Source of the DNA: an uncultured Candidatus Saccharibacteria bacterium
Lineage (GTDB): Bacteria; Patescibacteriota; Saccharimonadia; Saccharimonadales; Saccharimonadaceae
Length of the DNA stretch: 64,000 nucleotides
Assembly: GCA_964444615.1 (NCBI GenBank)
Contig: CAYUHY010000002.1
Span: forward strand, 4,469-68,468
Direction: 5' to 3'
Shown here one piece after another: positions 1-9,397 of this stretch. Under the pieces are notes generated by a model. That model made no database searches. It saw only the letters and a list, made by a program, of their open reading frames with translations, and was not told the origin of the DNA. The translations under genes were made by a program, and so were the position numbers. Position 1 is the stretch's first letter. Each line of letters opens with the position of its first letter.

Positions 1-363
1 GGCGGAAGTTTTGCGCGATTTTTTGGTAGTCTTGTTAATTTCTTCGGCAGTAGCTTCGGCAATCGCCTCCTCGGCTACGGCACGAGCAGCTTCTTCGGCC
101 GCATCTTCAGCGGCATAGCGACGTTCCTGTTTCTCGATCACGCGATTTGCAAAAGTCTTAACAATTCCTCCCACAGAGGTCACGCCTTTGACATTGTCGA
201 CGATATCATCTGCCTTGGTGGCGATACTTTGGCCAGTCTCTATGATTTTGTGAGCTTCTTCGGTGAGGTGAATGAGCTTAATAGCGAGAACGATGCCCGC
301 GATCAAAAAGATAAATAAAGTCACCGACAATATTACTACCAAAATCCATTCTACTACCGTCAT
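1..363 (-). CDS. N-terminal part of a small membrane-anchored protein (DUF948-like); C-terminus lies outside the window
   Basis: ATG at 363 sits 8 nt after a GGAGG RBS. The frame stays open to the window edge (MTVVEWILVVILSVTLFIFLIAGIVLAIKLIHLTEEAHKII...). It has one N-terminal TM helix followed by an Ala/Glu-rich helical region. It is absent from the ORF track because it is truncated. Confidence 0.45.
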   Translation of the reverse strand, partial: MTVVEWILVVILSVTLFIFLIAGIVLAIKLIHLTEEAHKIIETGQSIATKADDIVDNVKGVTSVGGIVKTFANRVIEKQERRYAAEDAAEEAARAVAEEAIAEATAEEINKTTKKSRKTSA

Positions 364-388
364 AGCACCTACCTCCATTTAATTATCG

Positions 389-1273
389 CTATTTCTGACT
401 TTTTGCAATTAAAGCTTTTATTTCGTCGATATAATCTTCATTATCCAAGACATACTCGAGATGCGCTAAGAAGTAATTCTTAGGATCACCCGTGGTCATC
501 CACTTACCTTTGGTCTTTTCTACCAAAACATCACCATCGTTCGTCATCTTCGTGATTGCATCTACTACCCAGAGTTCGTTGTCGAGACCGATGTTTTTCG
601 GATCTAGATACTGAAATACATCTGGCGTTAATAGATAGCGACCGTAGCTAGTGAGATTGGACGGAGCTTGATCAATCGCAGGTTTCTCGACAATGCGTTC
701 TAGAGTCATCTTATCGGGATCAGCCAGCTTGATAACACCGTAGCGATTTAGCACTTCGCGCGGCATTTCTTGGGCAATAATAATGGCTTGGGCTTCGGGA
801 TGTGCTTCGTAAGCGTCAATCAAAGTCTTGACATCAGAAGTGCCATAGACGACATCATCGGAAAACAACGCTACAAAGGCTTCGTCATCGTCGATAAGAT
901 GGCGAGCAGAGGCGATCGGCGAGCCATTACCATAAGGATAAGACTGATCTTGCTCGATAATGGTAATTTTTGGAAAATCTAAAACAGCTTGCACAGGCTC
1001 ATAACGTTGGTCTTTGCCCTGGCTATGAAGCTGGTTCTTAATACGATTGGCAGGATTATTAAAATAATCTTCATAAATTGCCTTGCCCTCAGGGCTGACG
1101 ACAATAATAATCTCCTGAATGCCAGCGTCAATGCATTCTTCTACAATCAATTGCATAATAGGCTTAGGACCAATTGGTAACATAGCCTTTGGAATAGTCT
1201 TGGTAATCGGTAAATAACGGCTAGCACAGCCTGCATCGGTGATGATAGCTTTGGTTGGTTTACGATATTTCAT
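389..1273 (-). CDS. galU: UTP--glucose-1-phosphate uridylyltransferase (sugar nucleotidyltransferase)
   Basis: 294-aa ORF. The N-terminal loop DAGCASRYLPITKTIPKAMLPIG resembles the GalU nucleotide-binding motif. AAGGAGA RBS precedes the ATG. Confidence 0.7.
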   Translation of the reverse strand: MKYRKPTKAIITDAGCASRYLPITKTIPKAMLPIGPKPIMQLIVEECIDAGIQEIIIVVSPEGKAIYEDYFNNPANRIKNQLHSQGKDQRYEPVQAVLDFPKITIIEQDQSYPYGNGSPIASARHLIDDDEAFVALFSDDVVYGTSDVKTLIDAYEAHPEAQAIIIAQEMPREVLNRYGVIKLADPDKMTLERIVEKPAIDQAPSNLTSYGRYLLTPDVFQYLDPKNIGLDNELWVVDAITKMTNDGDVLVEKTKGKWMTTGDPKNYFLAHLEYVLDNEDYIDEIKALIAKSQK

Positions 1274-1306
1274 TAGTATCTCCTTAGACCTAGATTATAC
1301 CACACC

Positions 1307-1942
1307 TTAGGCCTTTTTGCTAGCTCTCTTCGCAGGGGTTTTAAGCTTGGCTTTACGTGCCTCACGGATAGCTTCGGAGCGAGCATTACGGTCTTCAATG
1401 CCCTGTTCGCGGTTGTGTACGCCGTAGATAAGGCTGCCCACGCCCAGCACAAGCATATAAGCACCGAAGAAACGGATAAAATCAACATTAGCCAAATGTC
1501 CAGAATTGAAGATGACAATGCCAAAAATGACTCCCGCCACACCGCAGAGCAGCCAAATAAAGCGATCAGTAGGATCGACCGTAGTACGAAAACCAATTAC
1601 GATCTCAAAAATACCCCGCAGCAAGGTATAGGCCGCTAAAATTGAGAGATGCCAAACCATATCATGATTAGTCAAGAATAGCAAAGCGAGACCAAAAATT
1701 GCATCGAACAATGCTACCATGGTCGCCACCAGCCACCCCTCACGGTGATGACTACGGTACAAGGAATTCGCAAACTCTACTACCGCTAAGACAAGTAGAC
1801 AAAGCCCGATCAGAGGAATCAGATTAACCGAGGAATCCATCGCTGTAAAAAGCATAATGCACCCAAAAAACAGCGCTACCGCACCCTGAAAGATGAAGAC
1901 CAACCAGTGACTATCAATGTATTTACGCTTTATATGCGCCAT
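1307..1942 (-). CDS. Integral membrane protein, DUF308/HdeD-like, with Lys-rich C-terminal tail
   Basis: 211-aa ORF with GGAGG RBS. It has repeated hydrophobic helices and no catalytic motif that I recognise. Confidence 0.5.
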   Translation of the reverse strand: MAHIKRKYIDSHWLVFIFQGAVALFFGCIMLFTAMDSSVNLIPLIGLCLLVLAVVEFANSLYRSHHREGWLVATMVALFDAIFGLALLFLTNHDMVWHLSILAAYTLLRGIFEIVIGFRTTVDPTDRFIWLLCGVAGVIFGIVIFNSGHLANVDFIRFFGAYMLVLGVGSLIYGVHNREQGIEDRNARSEAIREARKAKLKTPAKRASKKA

Positions 1943-1993
1943 ATTTACCTCCTATTTCTTTCATTCTATCACGTTATTGCTAAAATAATAGAC

Positions 1994-2022
1994 TTGACTT
2001 TTTACGATATCTGTGCTATCAT
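1994..2022 (+). promoter_or_regulatory. Sigma70-type promoter of orphan gene A
   Basis: TTGACT (1994-1999), 17-nt spacer, TGTGCTATCAT extended -10 (-10 hexamer 2017-2022). About 70 nt upstream of ATG 2100. Confidence 0.6.
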
Positions 2023-2099
2023 AAAGGTAGAGCTACTGGTTTTACTAGTTGGCTAGATTTTGAGGTACTATATGTACCCAATTGTTAGGAGGAAAAATC

Positions 2100-2585
2100 A
2101 TGGCAGGCAAGTTTTTCAATTCCAGCCTCGGTCAAATCCGTGGCAACGCTGCTCCAGATCTGTTGCAAATGATCAGCATCCTGGCCAGTGCGGATCCCCT
2201 GCTGCGGGAAGAGGCCATGGGAGAGGTCGACATTGCGGCCGGCGAGTGCATTTCGTTCAGTATCGACGAGGCGCGCCTGAGTGACAAGGAAACTTTCAAC
2301 GAGGCGAGCTACTTCTTCTGGTCGATCGTGGATGGTCGCACGACTCTTGCCAATATTCCGGCCCGCTGCGAGCGCAGCGTGACGATGATGCTGGCTCCGC
2401 CGGATCGGCTGTTGCGGCAGGAAGTGGAAAATCTCTACTACAGCGGCCAGGGCTTGGCGCAGGATGTGGCTCAGAAGCCGGAGTTTGCGCGGGAATTGCA
2501 TCAGTTCCTGACCAACCTGATCACTATCCAGGTGGTCCCGGCGAGTCAGTCGCCTTTCCGGCAGCTGCAGGAGGAGCGCTTCTAG
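2100..2585 (+). CDS. Hypothetical protein, orphan cassette A (161 aa), G+C-rich relative to flanks
   Basis: AGGAGG RBS lies 7 nt before ATG 2100 (the track ORF starts at an upstream TTG at 2082). It uses many C/G-ending codons. I recognise no family. It has its own promoter and terminator. Confidence 0.6.
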   Translation: MAGKFFNSSLGQIRGNAAPDLLQMISILASADPLLREEAMGEVDIAAGECISFSIDEARLSDKETFNEASYFFWSIVDGRTTLANIPARCERSVTMMLAPPDRLLRQEVENLYYSGQGLAQDVAQKPEFARELHQFLTNLITIQVVPASQSPFRQLQEERF

Positions 2586-2712
2586 TCGATATCTAGGCTG
2601 TAAAGGCCGGGGCTGATCCGCTCTCTGCGAAAGACTAGGGGGATTCCTGCGGATCGCCAATCCCTGAGCGTAAAGAGATAAAAAACGCTGAACCTATTTC
2701 CTCATTATTTAT

Positions 2713-2745
2713 ATGCCCGGGCTTTTGCTCGGGCATTTTTCTTGT
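2713..2745 (+). terminator. Rho-independent terminator of orphan A
   Basis: ATGCCCGGG-CTTTTG-CTCGGGCAT stem (9 bp including one G-U) followed by TTTTTCTTGTT. Confidence 0.7.
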
Positions 2746-2867
2746 TATTTTTGGACTTTGTTAGCTATCTTGCTTACGCAAAGTGCCTTGGTTTAAAAGG
2801 GCTTAGACCTGAAGAATTTCCGCTAGATATCGCTGCGAGATTGGCTGAACGCGCTTGTGAGAATGGT

Positions 2868-2971
2868 TAGATGTGGCGGAAGGACCGGTGGACTAGACAT
2901 GGCGGACGGAACGGTGGGCTAGACGTTGCAGTTGAATTGATTGATTAGACGTGGCGGACTTTTTTGCGGGT
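2868..2971. repeat. Four tandem copies, exact 26-bp period, of the TAGACRTGGCGGA word
   Basis: Copies start at 2868, 2894, 2920 and 2946. The last copy is the 3' end of the FemAB gene (encodes ...KKVRHV-stop on the - strand). The other three lie downstream of its stop and are progressively degenerate. Confidence 0.7.
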
Positions 2972-3985
2972 AGCCTCAACGGCATAATCCAGAGCATATT
3001 TGGCTTTATTTAAGATTAGATCGTGCGCCGGGATATGGCGAAGCTCATCCACACCAAAACCGCGTTTGAACCGCGAAACGCCATAAAAACGATGATGGAT
3101 ATCATCTTCGTCCACGATACCCCAGAGATTATAGCGTTCGATTCCCCGCTTCCGGGCATCACGCATTGCTTCCATATGCAAAAGTGGCGCACCCGAATAC
3201 TTCGTGCCTAGTTCCGAGGAGACGCCATAATGATAAGAAGCCTCATTGCCGTAAAAAATCATAAAATTCTGCGCAAGTGTCTCCCCATTGAGTTTGGCCG
3301 TATAGAGGACGGCTTCGTCATGCGGCGCAAAAGCCGCAAATTGCTTGGTAAGAAAATCCTCAGAAAATGCCACGAAGCGATGTCGGCCAGCGGTTTGCAG
3401 CTCGATTTCATAAAATTCGTGAATGTCTTCCGGATTGGTGCTTTTTTCAATTGTAATGCCATTTTTATCGGCTTTGCGCAAGGCACGGCGGAGGCGCTGA
3501 CGCATATCTGTCATGATTTCTTCTTCACTTTTTGTCAAGTCGAGAATCCCGGCATATTCTACCGAGAGTGGCATCGGGGATTTCTTGAGGCCCAATTCTT
3601 GCATCAAATTCAGGCCATAATCCGAGAGTTCGAGCTGTGGCCGTACGCGCACAAACACACATTTGTGTTTCTTACCCTCTGCTTTAATGTCGGCAAAAAC
3701 CGCTTCTACTAATGCACGGTTTTGCCAATCCAAGATCGGACCACCGGCAATCGCCATGTAGCGTCCTCGCTTAGCATTTTCGACTACACCGGCGTAAGCA
3801 CCGACGATTTCGCCATCTTGCCAGGCTAGGCGCCGCACCACCGCGTTGCCGCGGCTGCGATGAAATTCATAAAAATCCCAGGACTGCAAAAAATTCGCTT
3901 CGGGATGCGAGTTAATAAACTGATCCCACTGCGCCTTATCGTCGGCATCAGTAATTTTATAAACTGTTTCAGTTGAATTTGTCAT
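2945..3985 (-). CDS. FemAB-family peptidoglycan interpeptide-bridge aminoacyltransferase (FemX-like)
   Basis: 346 aa. It has the N-terminal FLQSWDFYEFHRSRG motif typical of FemAB/FemX, and the C-terminal LWGI...RFKRGFG region. GGAGA RBS. Confidence 0.75.
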   Translation of the reverse strand: MTNSTETVYKITDADDKAQWDQFINSHPEANFLQSWDFYEFHRSRGNAVVRRLAWQDGEIVGAYAGVVENAKRGRYMAIAGGPILDWQNRALVEAVFADIKAEGKKHKCVFVRVRPQLELSDYGLNLMQELGLKKSPMPLSVEYAGILDLTKSEEEIMTDMRQRLRRALRKADKNGITIEKSTNPEDIHEFYEIELQTAGRHRFVAFSEDFLTKQFAAFAPHDEAVLYTAKLNGETLAQNFMIFYGNEASYHYGVSSELGTKYSGAPLLHMEAMRDARKRGIERYNLWGIVDEDDIHHRFYGVSRFKRGFGVDELRHIPAHDLILNKAKYALDYAVEATRKKVRHV

Positions 3986-4009
3986 ATTTTCTCCACTTTA
4001 CAAATCTTA

Positions 4010-5296
4010 TTACAAATGTCGTACTTTTTTGCGAATAGTCTCAACTGCTTGGTTGACAAGGTATCTATTATGTTTAATTACTAAATCTTGGGCAGGGACA
4101 AATTCTACAACCTCACCGCCAAAACCTTTTTTGAAAGTTGTCACGCGGGCGTAACGATGTTCTGGCTGATTCGCTGGGGCGATGCCCCATAAATTATAGC
4201 GCTTGAGACCGAGTTTTTGCAAATCCTGGATAACTTGCCACTGCAGGGCGTAAGCGCCGGGGAGTTTATGATTCAACTCCGTGGAGGCGGCCTCAAAATA
4301 TTCAGCTTCGTTGCCATCAATCAAGATTAGGCCATAAGCGACTGGCGCCCCCTCGGCCGTGCGCGCTTGATAGAGGCGGGCATTGGTGCCAAAGGCAGCC
4401 CGTTCGGCTAGCAAGGTTTTCAGATCGGGCGGGATAAAATGCTGGCGTTGGGCAGTTTGGGCCTGCACCTCGTGAAACTCCTGAAAAGCCGCCTCAGTAT
4501 CACTCCAATCCACCGTCAGACCTAGTTTCTCGGCGCGACGCACCTCATAGCGAGTCTGGCGACGCATCTCTTTGAGCAAAGTCTCAGCTCTTTTGGTCAG
4601 GTCCAGGATAACGGTGTGCTCAGCATGCAGGTGCATCGGGGCCTTTTGTAGGCCAAGCCCATCCAGCTTGGACAATTCCGGAGCAGGAAGTTGCGGGCGC
4701 AGACGGACGAAGACACAGTTTTGAGCTTCGGCTATGGTTTTGATTTTGGCAAAAACCGCTTCCACGAGCGCACGATCATTCCAGTCGAGGAGCGGGCCGC
4801 CGGGTACTTCGAGATAGCGCCCGCGCTTGGCGTCTTTGACGATCATTTGACACCAAAAAACTCGCCTCGTAGATGTAGTTTTACTTCGGAGCTGGCTTTT
4901 GTTACGGCTTGCGTCTTCGTTCAGGGTTACATCTTTGTTGGGATTTGGTTTTTTGTCAGTAATTGGGTCTTGATTGGGGTCAGCGTCTTTGTTGAGGCCA
5001 GTGGAGCGTGCTGTTTCTAAGCTGGCAGCCTGAGTACGATGAGATTCCTGAGTGCCATGAGTTTTCTGAGTAGTGGCGGAATGCTCGGGAATCTGGTCGG
5101 TCAGCTCGCCTTTTTCGCAAATAGCAGTATGTTTGGGATCGGCATTGTTTCTCAATCCGCAGTCGGTTAGCTCACCCTTCTCACAGATAACGGTATGACC
5201 AATAAGTTCATTGACTTTGCCCCAGACCGGCGACTGCAAAAAGTTTGCTTCTGGGAAGGTTTTAATAATGTTTTGCCAGTCAAGCATCTTTTTCAT
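4010..5296 (-). CDS. Second FemAB-family paralog carrying a ~125-aa low-complexity insertion
   Basis: 428 aa. FLQSPVWGKV and the C-terminal half are colinear with the neighbouring FemX-like gene, and both end in RKKVRH(V/L). The insertion contains the direct repeat AICEKGELTD twice plus Asn/Pro/Thr/Lys-rich sequence. AAAGGAG RBS. Confidence 0.7.
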   Translation of the reverse strand: MKKMLDWQNIIKTFPEANFLQSPVWGKVNELIGHTVICEKGELTDCGLRNNADPKHTAICEKGELTDQIPEHSATTQKTHGTQESHRTQAASLETARSTGLNKDADPNQDPITDKKPNPNKDVTLNEDASRNKSQLRSKTTSTRRVFWCQMIVKDAKRGRYLEVPGGPLLDWNDRALVEAVFAKIKTIAEAQNCVFVRLRPQLPAPELSKLDGLGLQKAPMHLHAEHTVILDLTKRAETLLKEMRRQTRYEVRRAEKLGLTVDWSDTEAAFQEFHEVQAQTAQRQHFIPPDLKTLLAERAAFGTNARLYQARTAEGAPVAYGLILIDGNEAEYFEAASTELNHKLPGAYALQWQVIQDLQKLGLKRYNLWGIAPANQPEHRYARVTTFKKGFGGEVVEFVPAQDLVIKHNRYLVNQAVETIRKKVRHL

Positions 5297-6470
5297 ACTC
5301 CTTTACTATCTCATAGGCTTGCGTCAATTTTGCGGCGGGATACCAAGTGGGAAAATTGATAATTTCGCGAGCAATTTTGACGGTTTCGGAGCAGGTAGTG
5401 GCGGGAAAATTGACCTCGGCTTGGTAGCGGGCGGGAGAGACTGGCGTGTCGTACCAGATTTCGTTAAAATAATAGCCATTTTGTGCTAGCTGCTGGAGTA
5501 AGTCATTGCGGCGGGAGACCAGGCGATAATCGCGCAACGGAGTTTGTGGCAAATGTTTTAATTGGTCTAAAGCTAATTTGGCTTGCCAGTGGGTGAGGCG
5601 ATGGTCGAGGTTTAGCTCAGCGTCGGCCGAGCGCTGAACAAAATGGATCTTCACCAGCGCACCCATCAGAAATTTGCCAATGCCAATCCGCCAGCAAGCG
5701 CGAGCAATACTACCAAATACAGGATACCAACGGTCCCGAAGACGGTCGCGAAGTGTCGGCTTTCGGGTGGGGAGTGGCGGCATCGTGCCATCCCGTAAGA
5801 TCAGCGCACCACCGGAAATCGTGTCGATGGCTTTGCCCTTGCCGAATGATAACGCCGCCGCCGCTCCCACCGTGCCGACTTCGCGACCGTCATCGTAAAA
5901 CCGACCGGCACAATGCGCCAAATCTTCAACGATCAGGGCATGGTGCTTTTGAGCGATTTTTTCGATCTTTTTTACATTCCAAGAGATCCCGAGCGTGTTC
6001 TGCACGAGGATTATACTTCCATTATAGCACACTTTGTCATTTTTGTCAATAGATAGGGTGGTTTTGGTAGCGTTTTTCCCTGTTCTTTCTAGTTTCTTGG
6101 CTGTTTTTGCAGCACTAGCCAAATCTGTTAAAGTCTGCTCCAGCTTCTCATAATTATAGGCAAGATCTTCCCGCCGAATATCTACGAAGACCGGTCGGCA
6201 GCCGGCCGCTTTAACTGCTCGCACCACTGCAATGCAGGTTAATCCCGGGATAATGACATTTTTCCCGCCCTCAGGCGCTACCGCCAGCAAAGCCGCCGCA
6301 AGAGCAGAACGCCCAGTATGATAGAGTGCGACTTGCGTTTTGGGTACATGATAACGCTTGCCCAGAGCGGCGCGAAGGCGATCGGAATCTTTTTGGCCAC
6401 CCCAAGCAAAAAGTTGCCGCCAAACCTGGCTAGCAGAATAGTTAGAAGCTTGACCAAGAGTTACGACCAT
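5280..6470 (-). CDS. DegT/DnrJ/EryC1/StrS-family PLP-dependent aminotransferase
   Basis: 396 aa. Motifs GRSALAAALLA, IPGLTCIAVVRAV and SFGKGKAI (candidate PLP lysine). The start overlaps the upstream stop (TAATG), and the stop overlaps the downstream start by 17 nt. Confidence 0.65.
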   Translation of the reverse strand: MVVTLGQASNYSASQVWRQLFAWGGQKDSDRLRAALGKRYHVPKTQVALYHTGRSALAAALLAVAPEGGKNVIIPGLTCIAVVRAVKAAGCRPVFVDIRREDLAYNYEKLEQTLTDLASAAKTAKKLERTGKNATKTTLSIDKNDKVCYNGSIILVQNTLGISWNVKKIEKIAQKHHALIVEDLAHCAGRFYDDGREVGTVGAAAALSFGKGKAIDTISGGALILRDGTMPPLPTRKPTLRDRLRDRWYPVFGSIARACWRIGIGKFLMGALVKIHFVQRSADAELNLDHRLTHWQAKLALDQLKHLPQTPLRDYRLVSRRNDLLQQLAQNGYYFNEIWYDTPVSPARYQAEVNFPATTCSETVKIAREIINFPTWYPAAKLTQAYEIVKEYEKDA

Positions 6471-7651
6471 TATTGTTTTGCCTTCTTTTTACTCGCTCGC
6501 GTAGATTGTTTCGCCGACTGGCGACCCGAGGGCTTTGCCTGACTAGCGCGCGCGGTTTTATTGGCTACTTTGGTAGCTTTTTTGCGAGCTTGATTGACTT
6601 TTTTGGCATTACGTTTGCGCTTGATACTGCGTTTCATTTTTTCAAATTGGCTGATTTTAGGTACCGACGCACTTGAAATCACCTCCCGATAGCGGCCGGT
6701 ATCCAAGTTGGCTTTTTCGTACTCCACACCTTTGAGATTTGCTACCACGCCATCGGTAGTTTTACGATTAGCACCCACCACACCGAGAGCGGCGGATTGC
6801 TTAGCAATATCAGCTCCACTAGGACCGGCGGCTTTTTTGAACGCCATCGAGGCGGACATTTCCGCAGGATTTGGCAACACCGGCTCAGCAGCTTTGCGCA
6901 GCGACATAGAAGCAGAGCGCTCAGCCGCTTGAGTTACTTCTGGCTTAGGTCTGACTTCAGGTGGTTTGCGATAAGCTCGCCAAATCGCTTTGGCCAGCTC
7001 CGTAGGATGAGAAATATATGGGGCATGAGACCAACCACGATGAATCTCTAGGGTACTATTGGGGATTTGTTCGTGCATAATTTTCGCTTGGTGGGGCGGT
7101 GTAATAGTGTCAGCCGCACCCCAAATAATCGAGGTAGGCGTAGTGACCTTACCCAGAATTAAACGTTTATCGCTATCAAGCATATTGGTAAGGGTCTGCT
7201 TCATATTCTCCGGAGCGCGCGCATAATCACTGGCGCCGGTAATTTTATGCCAAATCTTAGCCAGACCGGGGATTTTCTTCAAAAAACCAAACTTTTTTGA
7301 TAGCGTACGGGAAACATCGCGCTTGCCAGAATTTTCGTAGACTCCAGCCGCATCGAGCAGGATCAGATGTTTGAGCTTCTGGGGCTTTTCGGCACAGAGA
7401 TTCAAGAGGATACGGCCACCATTGCTATGCCCCAAAGCTACTGCGCCATCAGGTATATTTTGATCAGCCCATTTGACATATTCTTCTATAGTCCAGACCT
7501 TGCGAGATGGCGTGGTCAGACCGGGTACATGCAGCATTTCCACTTTGAGACCCTGCTTTTCTAGTAGCACCAGTGTCTTTTCCCATGGTGCCACGGTGTA
7601 AGTCCAACCATGGATAATATATAATATTGGCTTTTTCACGTTAATCCCCAT
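6470..7651 (-). CDS. Alpha/beta-fold hydrolase with ~170-aa Lys/Ala/Ser-rich C-terminal tail
   Basis: 393 aa. It has a GHSNGG nucleophile elbow (GxSxG) and a downstream HAPY His. The tail is low complexity. Confidence 0.6.
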   Translation of the reverse strand: MGINVKKPILYIIHGWTYTVAPWEKTLVLLEKQGLKVEMLHVPGLTTPSRKVWTIEEYVKWADQNIPDGAVALGHSNGGRILLNLCAEKPQKLKHLILLDAAGVYENSGKRDVSRTLSKKFGFLKKIPGLAKIWHKITGASDYARAPENMKQTLTNMLDSDKRLILGKVTTPTSIIWGAADTITPPHQAKIMHEQIPNSTLEIHRGWSHAPYISHPTELAKAIWRAYRKPPEVRPKPEVTQAAERSASMSLRKAAEPVLPNPAEMSASMAFKKAAGPSGADIAKQSAALGVVGANRKTTDGVVANLKGVEYEKANLDTGRYREVISSASVPKISQFEKMKRSIKRKRNAKKVNQARKKATKVANKTARASQAKPSGRQSAKQSTRASKKKAKQ

Positions 7652-8907
7652 TTCTTGCGTCGTTTTACAGCGGCAGCTTCTCGGCGCGGTAATTTTTGTG
7701 CGTCGGCTGGATCGGCGAGAAGTTTCTCAATAATCCATTCCAGATATTGGCTGCCTTTGAAAATCAAGGTTTCGTCGCCGGTGATGTGAGTCTCGATGTA
7801 TTTGAGAGCCTTTTTCGGATCAAGCGTAGTGCGCGTCACAATCCCCAATTCCTTGAGGCGCGGCGCAGTATATTCCTTAGTGCGGCGCCCGACCAGAATT
7901 ACCATTTCGGGGCTAACATCGGCAATTAGATTTGCCAATTTATAGTGCTCTTCTTGTTCAATTGAACCTTGATCGACGATGTCGCCAATGATCAGCCACT
8001 TATGACCGGCTTTGAGATTACGGGCCATTTCCAGAATCGACTGCATACTAATAATATGAGCATTATAACTACTGTCGATGATGTTGATTCCCTTAATCCC
8101 CTTGAAATAGGAGCTGCGGCCAGGCGCCACGATCATATCATGAAAATCAGTTTTAAGTGGAATTTTAAGATACTCTACTAGATCTTGCAACATCGCTAGC
8201 TGGATACCCAAATCTTTGGGCTGAGGCTGCGAGAAATGAAACGAGGCATCATCAAAAACAAAATCAGTGCGGGAGGGATAAACATTGTAACGCTTGAGCT
8301 GTTTATGATGAACAGGGATGACTTTGGCCTTAATCCCCTTTACGGCTTCGCACATAGGCTTGGAGTCGCCATCAATATAAACACGCTTAGTAGTATTCAG
8401 TGGCAAAGTGGCAAATTCGTGAATAATTGCCTCTTCTAGCGTCGGATAAGTGCCGTCTTTGACCTGCTGCTCAAACTGCACTGCATGCGACAAGCCAAAA
8501 GATACCCACAATGTGACTTCTGGTTTGAGCCAACTAGCTAGGAATTCGGTCTCGTGAGGACGTTCCCCGTCAATCTCTACAACATAAAAATCGCCATGAC
8601 GTCGATAATAGAGAGCACGAATCGGCGCTAAGAAAATTAATTTCAACCAACGAAGCTTAGACCCGCGAATACCATCCATCCCTAAGAGATCAAAAGCAAT
8701 CCCAAAAGCGGAGTTGGCATTGTGTGAATAATGAGCCTTGTCTCCTAATTCAAACTCAATTAGATTCAACATGGTGGTCTTACCCGCCGAGCCAGTGACG
8801 GCAATAATGCGCGGGCGCCAGCGTTTTAAGGCAAAATTAGCAAAAAAGCGAAAATACCGTGCGGCGACGAAATAAAACCTCTTCTTGAATCGCATCGCTA
8901 AAGTCAT
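7636..8907 (-). CDS. Mur ligase family protein (MurF-like)
   Basis: P-loop VTGSAGKTTMLNLI. The start is moved to ATG 8907 (MTLAMRF...) because the first 6 track codons (MCYNRN) are the promoter GTGTGCTATAAT read as protein. Confidence 0.6.
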   Translation of the reverse strand: MTLAMRFKKRFYFVAARYFRFFANFALKRWRPRIIAVTGSAGKTTMLNLIEFELGDKAHYSHNANSAFGIAFDLLGMDGIRGSKLRWLKLIFLAPIRALYYRRHGDFYVVEIDGERPHETEFLASWLKPEVTLWVSFGLSHAVQFEQQVKDGTYPTLEEAIIHEFATLPLNTTKRVYIDGDSKPMCEAVKGIKAKVIPVHHKQLKRYNVYPSRTDFVFDDASFHFSQPQPKDLGIQLAMLQDLVEYLKIPLKTDFHDMIVAPGRSSYFKGIKGINIIDSSYNAHIISMQSILEMARNLKAGHKWLIIGDIVDQGSIEQEEHYKLANLIADVSPEMVILVGRRTKEYTAPRLKELGIVTRTTLDPKKALKYIETHITGDETLIFKGSQYLEWIIEKLLADPADAQKLPRREAAAVKRRKKWGLT

Positions 8908-8913
8908 ATTTCT

Positions 8914-8925
8914 ATTATAGCACAC
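8914..8925 (-). promoter_or_regulatory. Extended -10 promoter (GTGTGCTATAAT) of the cell-wall operon; leaderless
   Basis: TATAAT ends 6 nt before ATG 8907. There is no Shine-Dalgarno sequence in between. Confidence 0.6.
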
Positions 8926-9023
8926 CTTGGCTGACTTCTAGAATAAAAACTGATTTTGGGTATTTTCGCGAGATTGTAAGTTTCTTTGATGATAAGAGGT
9001 GAGACAGGGCTAAAAAATACAAA

Positions 9024-9056
9024 AAGAGGCCCATTAGTAAAAATGGCACCTCTTTT
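9024..9056 (-). terminator. Rho-independent terminator after rpsJ
   Basis: On the - strand, an imperfect AAGAGGTGCCAT...ATGGGCCTCTT stem is followed by TTTTTGTATTTTTT. Confidence 0.55.
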
Positions 9057-9070
9057 GCACTGTAAATATA

Positions 9071-9397
9071 TTACATTTTAATTTCGGCATCTACGCCAGC
9101 TGGCAAAGAGAGATTCTGCAGAGAATCGATTGTCTTTGGGGTGGCATTAGAAATATCAATTAAGCGCTTATGGACTTTCATTTCGAATGCTTCACCACCG
9201 GTCTTGTAAACATGTGGGGATTTTACAACAGTAAAAGTGCTGCGCTTAGTAGGTAGCGGTACAGGACCAGATACGGTAGCACCGGTGCGCACTGCAGTAT
9301 CGACGATTTGCTTGGCGCTCTGATCAATAACGCGATGATCATAAGCTTTGAGGCGAATGCGGATTTTCAAACCCTCATCTTTTTTGGCTTCTGCCAT
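9071..9397 (-). CDS. rpsJ: 30S ribosomal protein S10
   Basis: The sequence [24 protein letters not shown]...PLPTK is canonical S10. The start is set at ATG 9397 (MAEAKK), 8 nt after a GAGGAG RBS. Confidence 0.9.
   Translation of the reverse strand: MAEAKKDEGLKIRIRLKAYDHRVIDQSAKQIVDTAVRTGATVSGPVPLPTKRSTFTVVKSPHVYKTGGEAFEMKVHKRLIDISNATPKTIDSLQNLSLPAGVDAEIKM

Noticed and set aside
8908-8925. N-terminal extensions beginning M-C-Y-N on track ORFs (7636..8925, 31825..33066, 36160..36360, 43190..44155; MCYN is also read internally in 36507..38567)
   Set aside because: The codons GTG TGC TAT AAT are the extended -10 promoter (GTGTGCTATAAT) read as protein. True starts are the ATGs 6-10 nt downstream, or far downstream after a GGAGG RBS for 31996.
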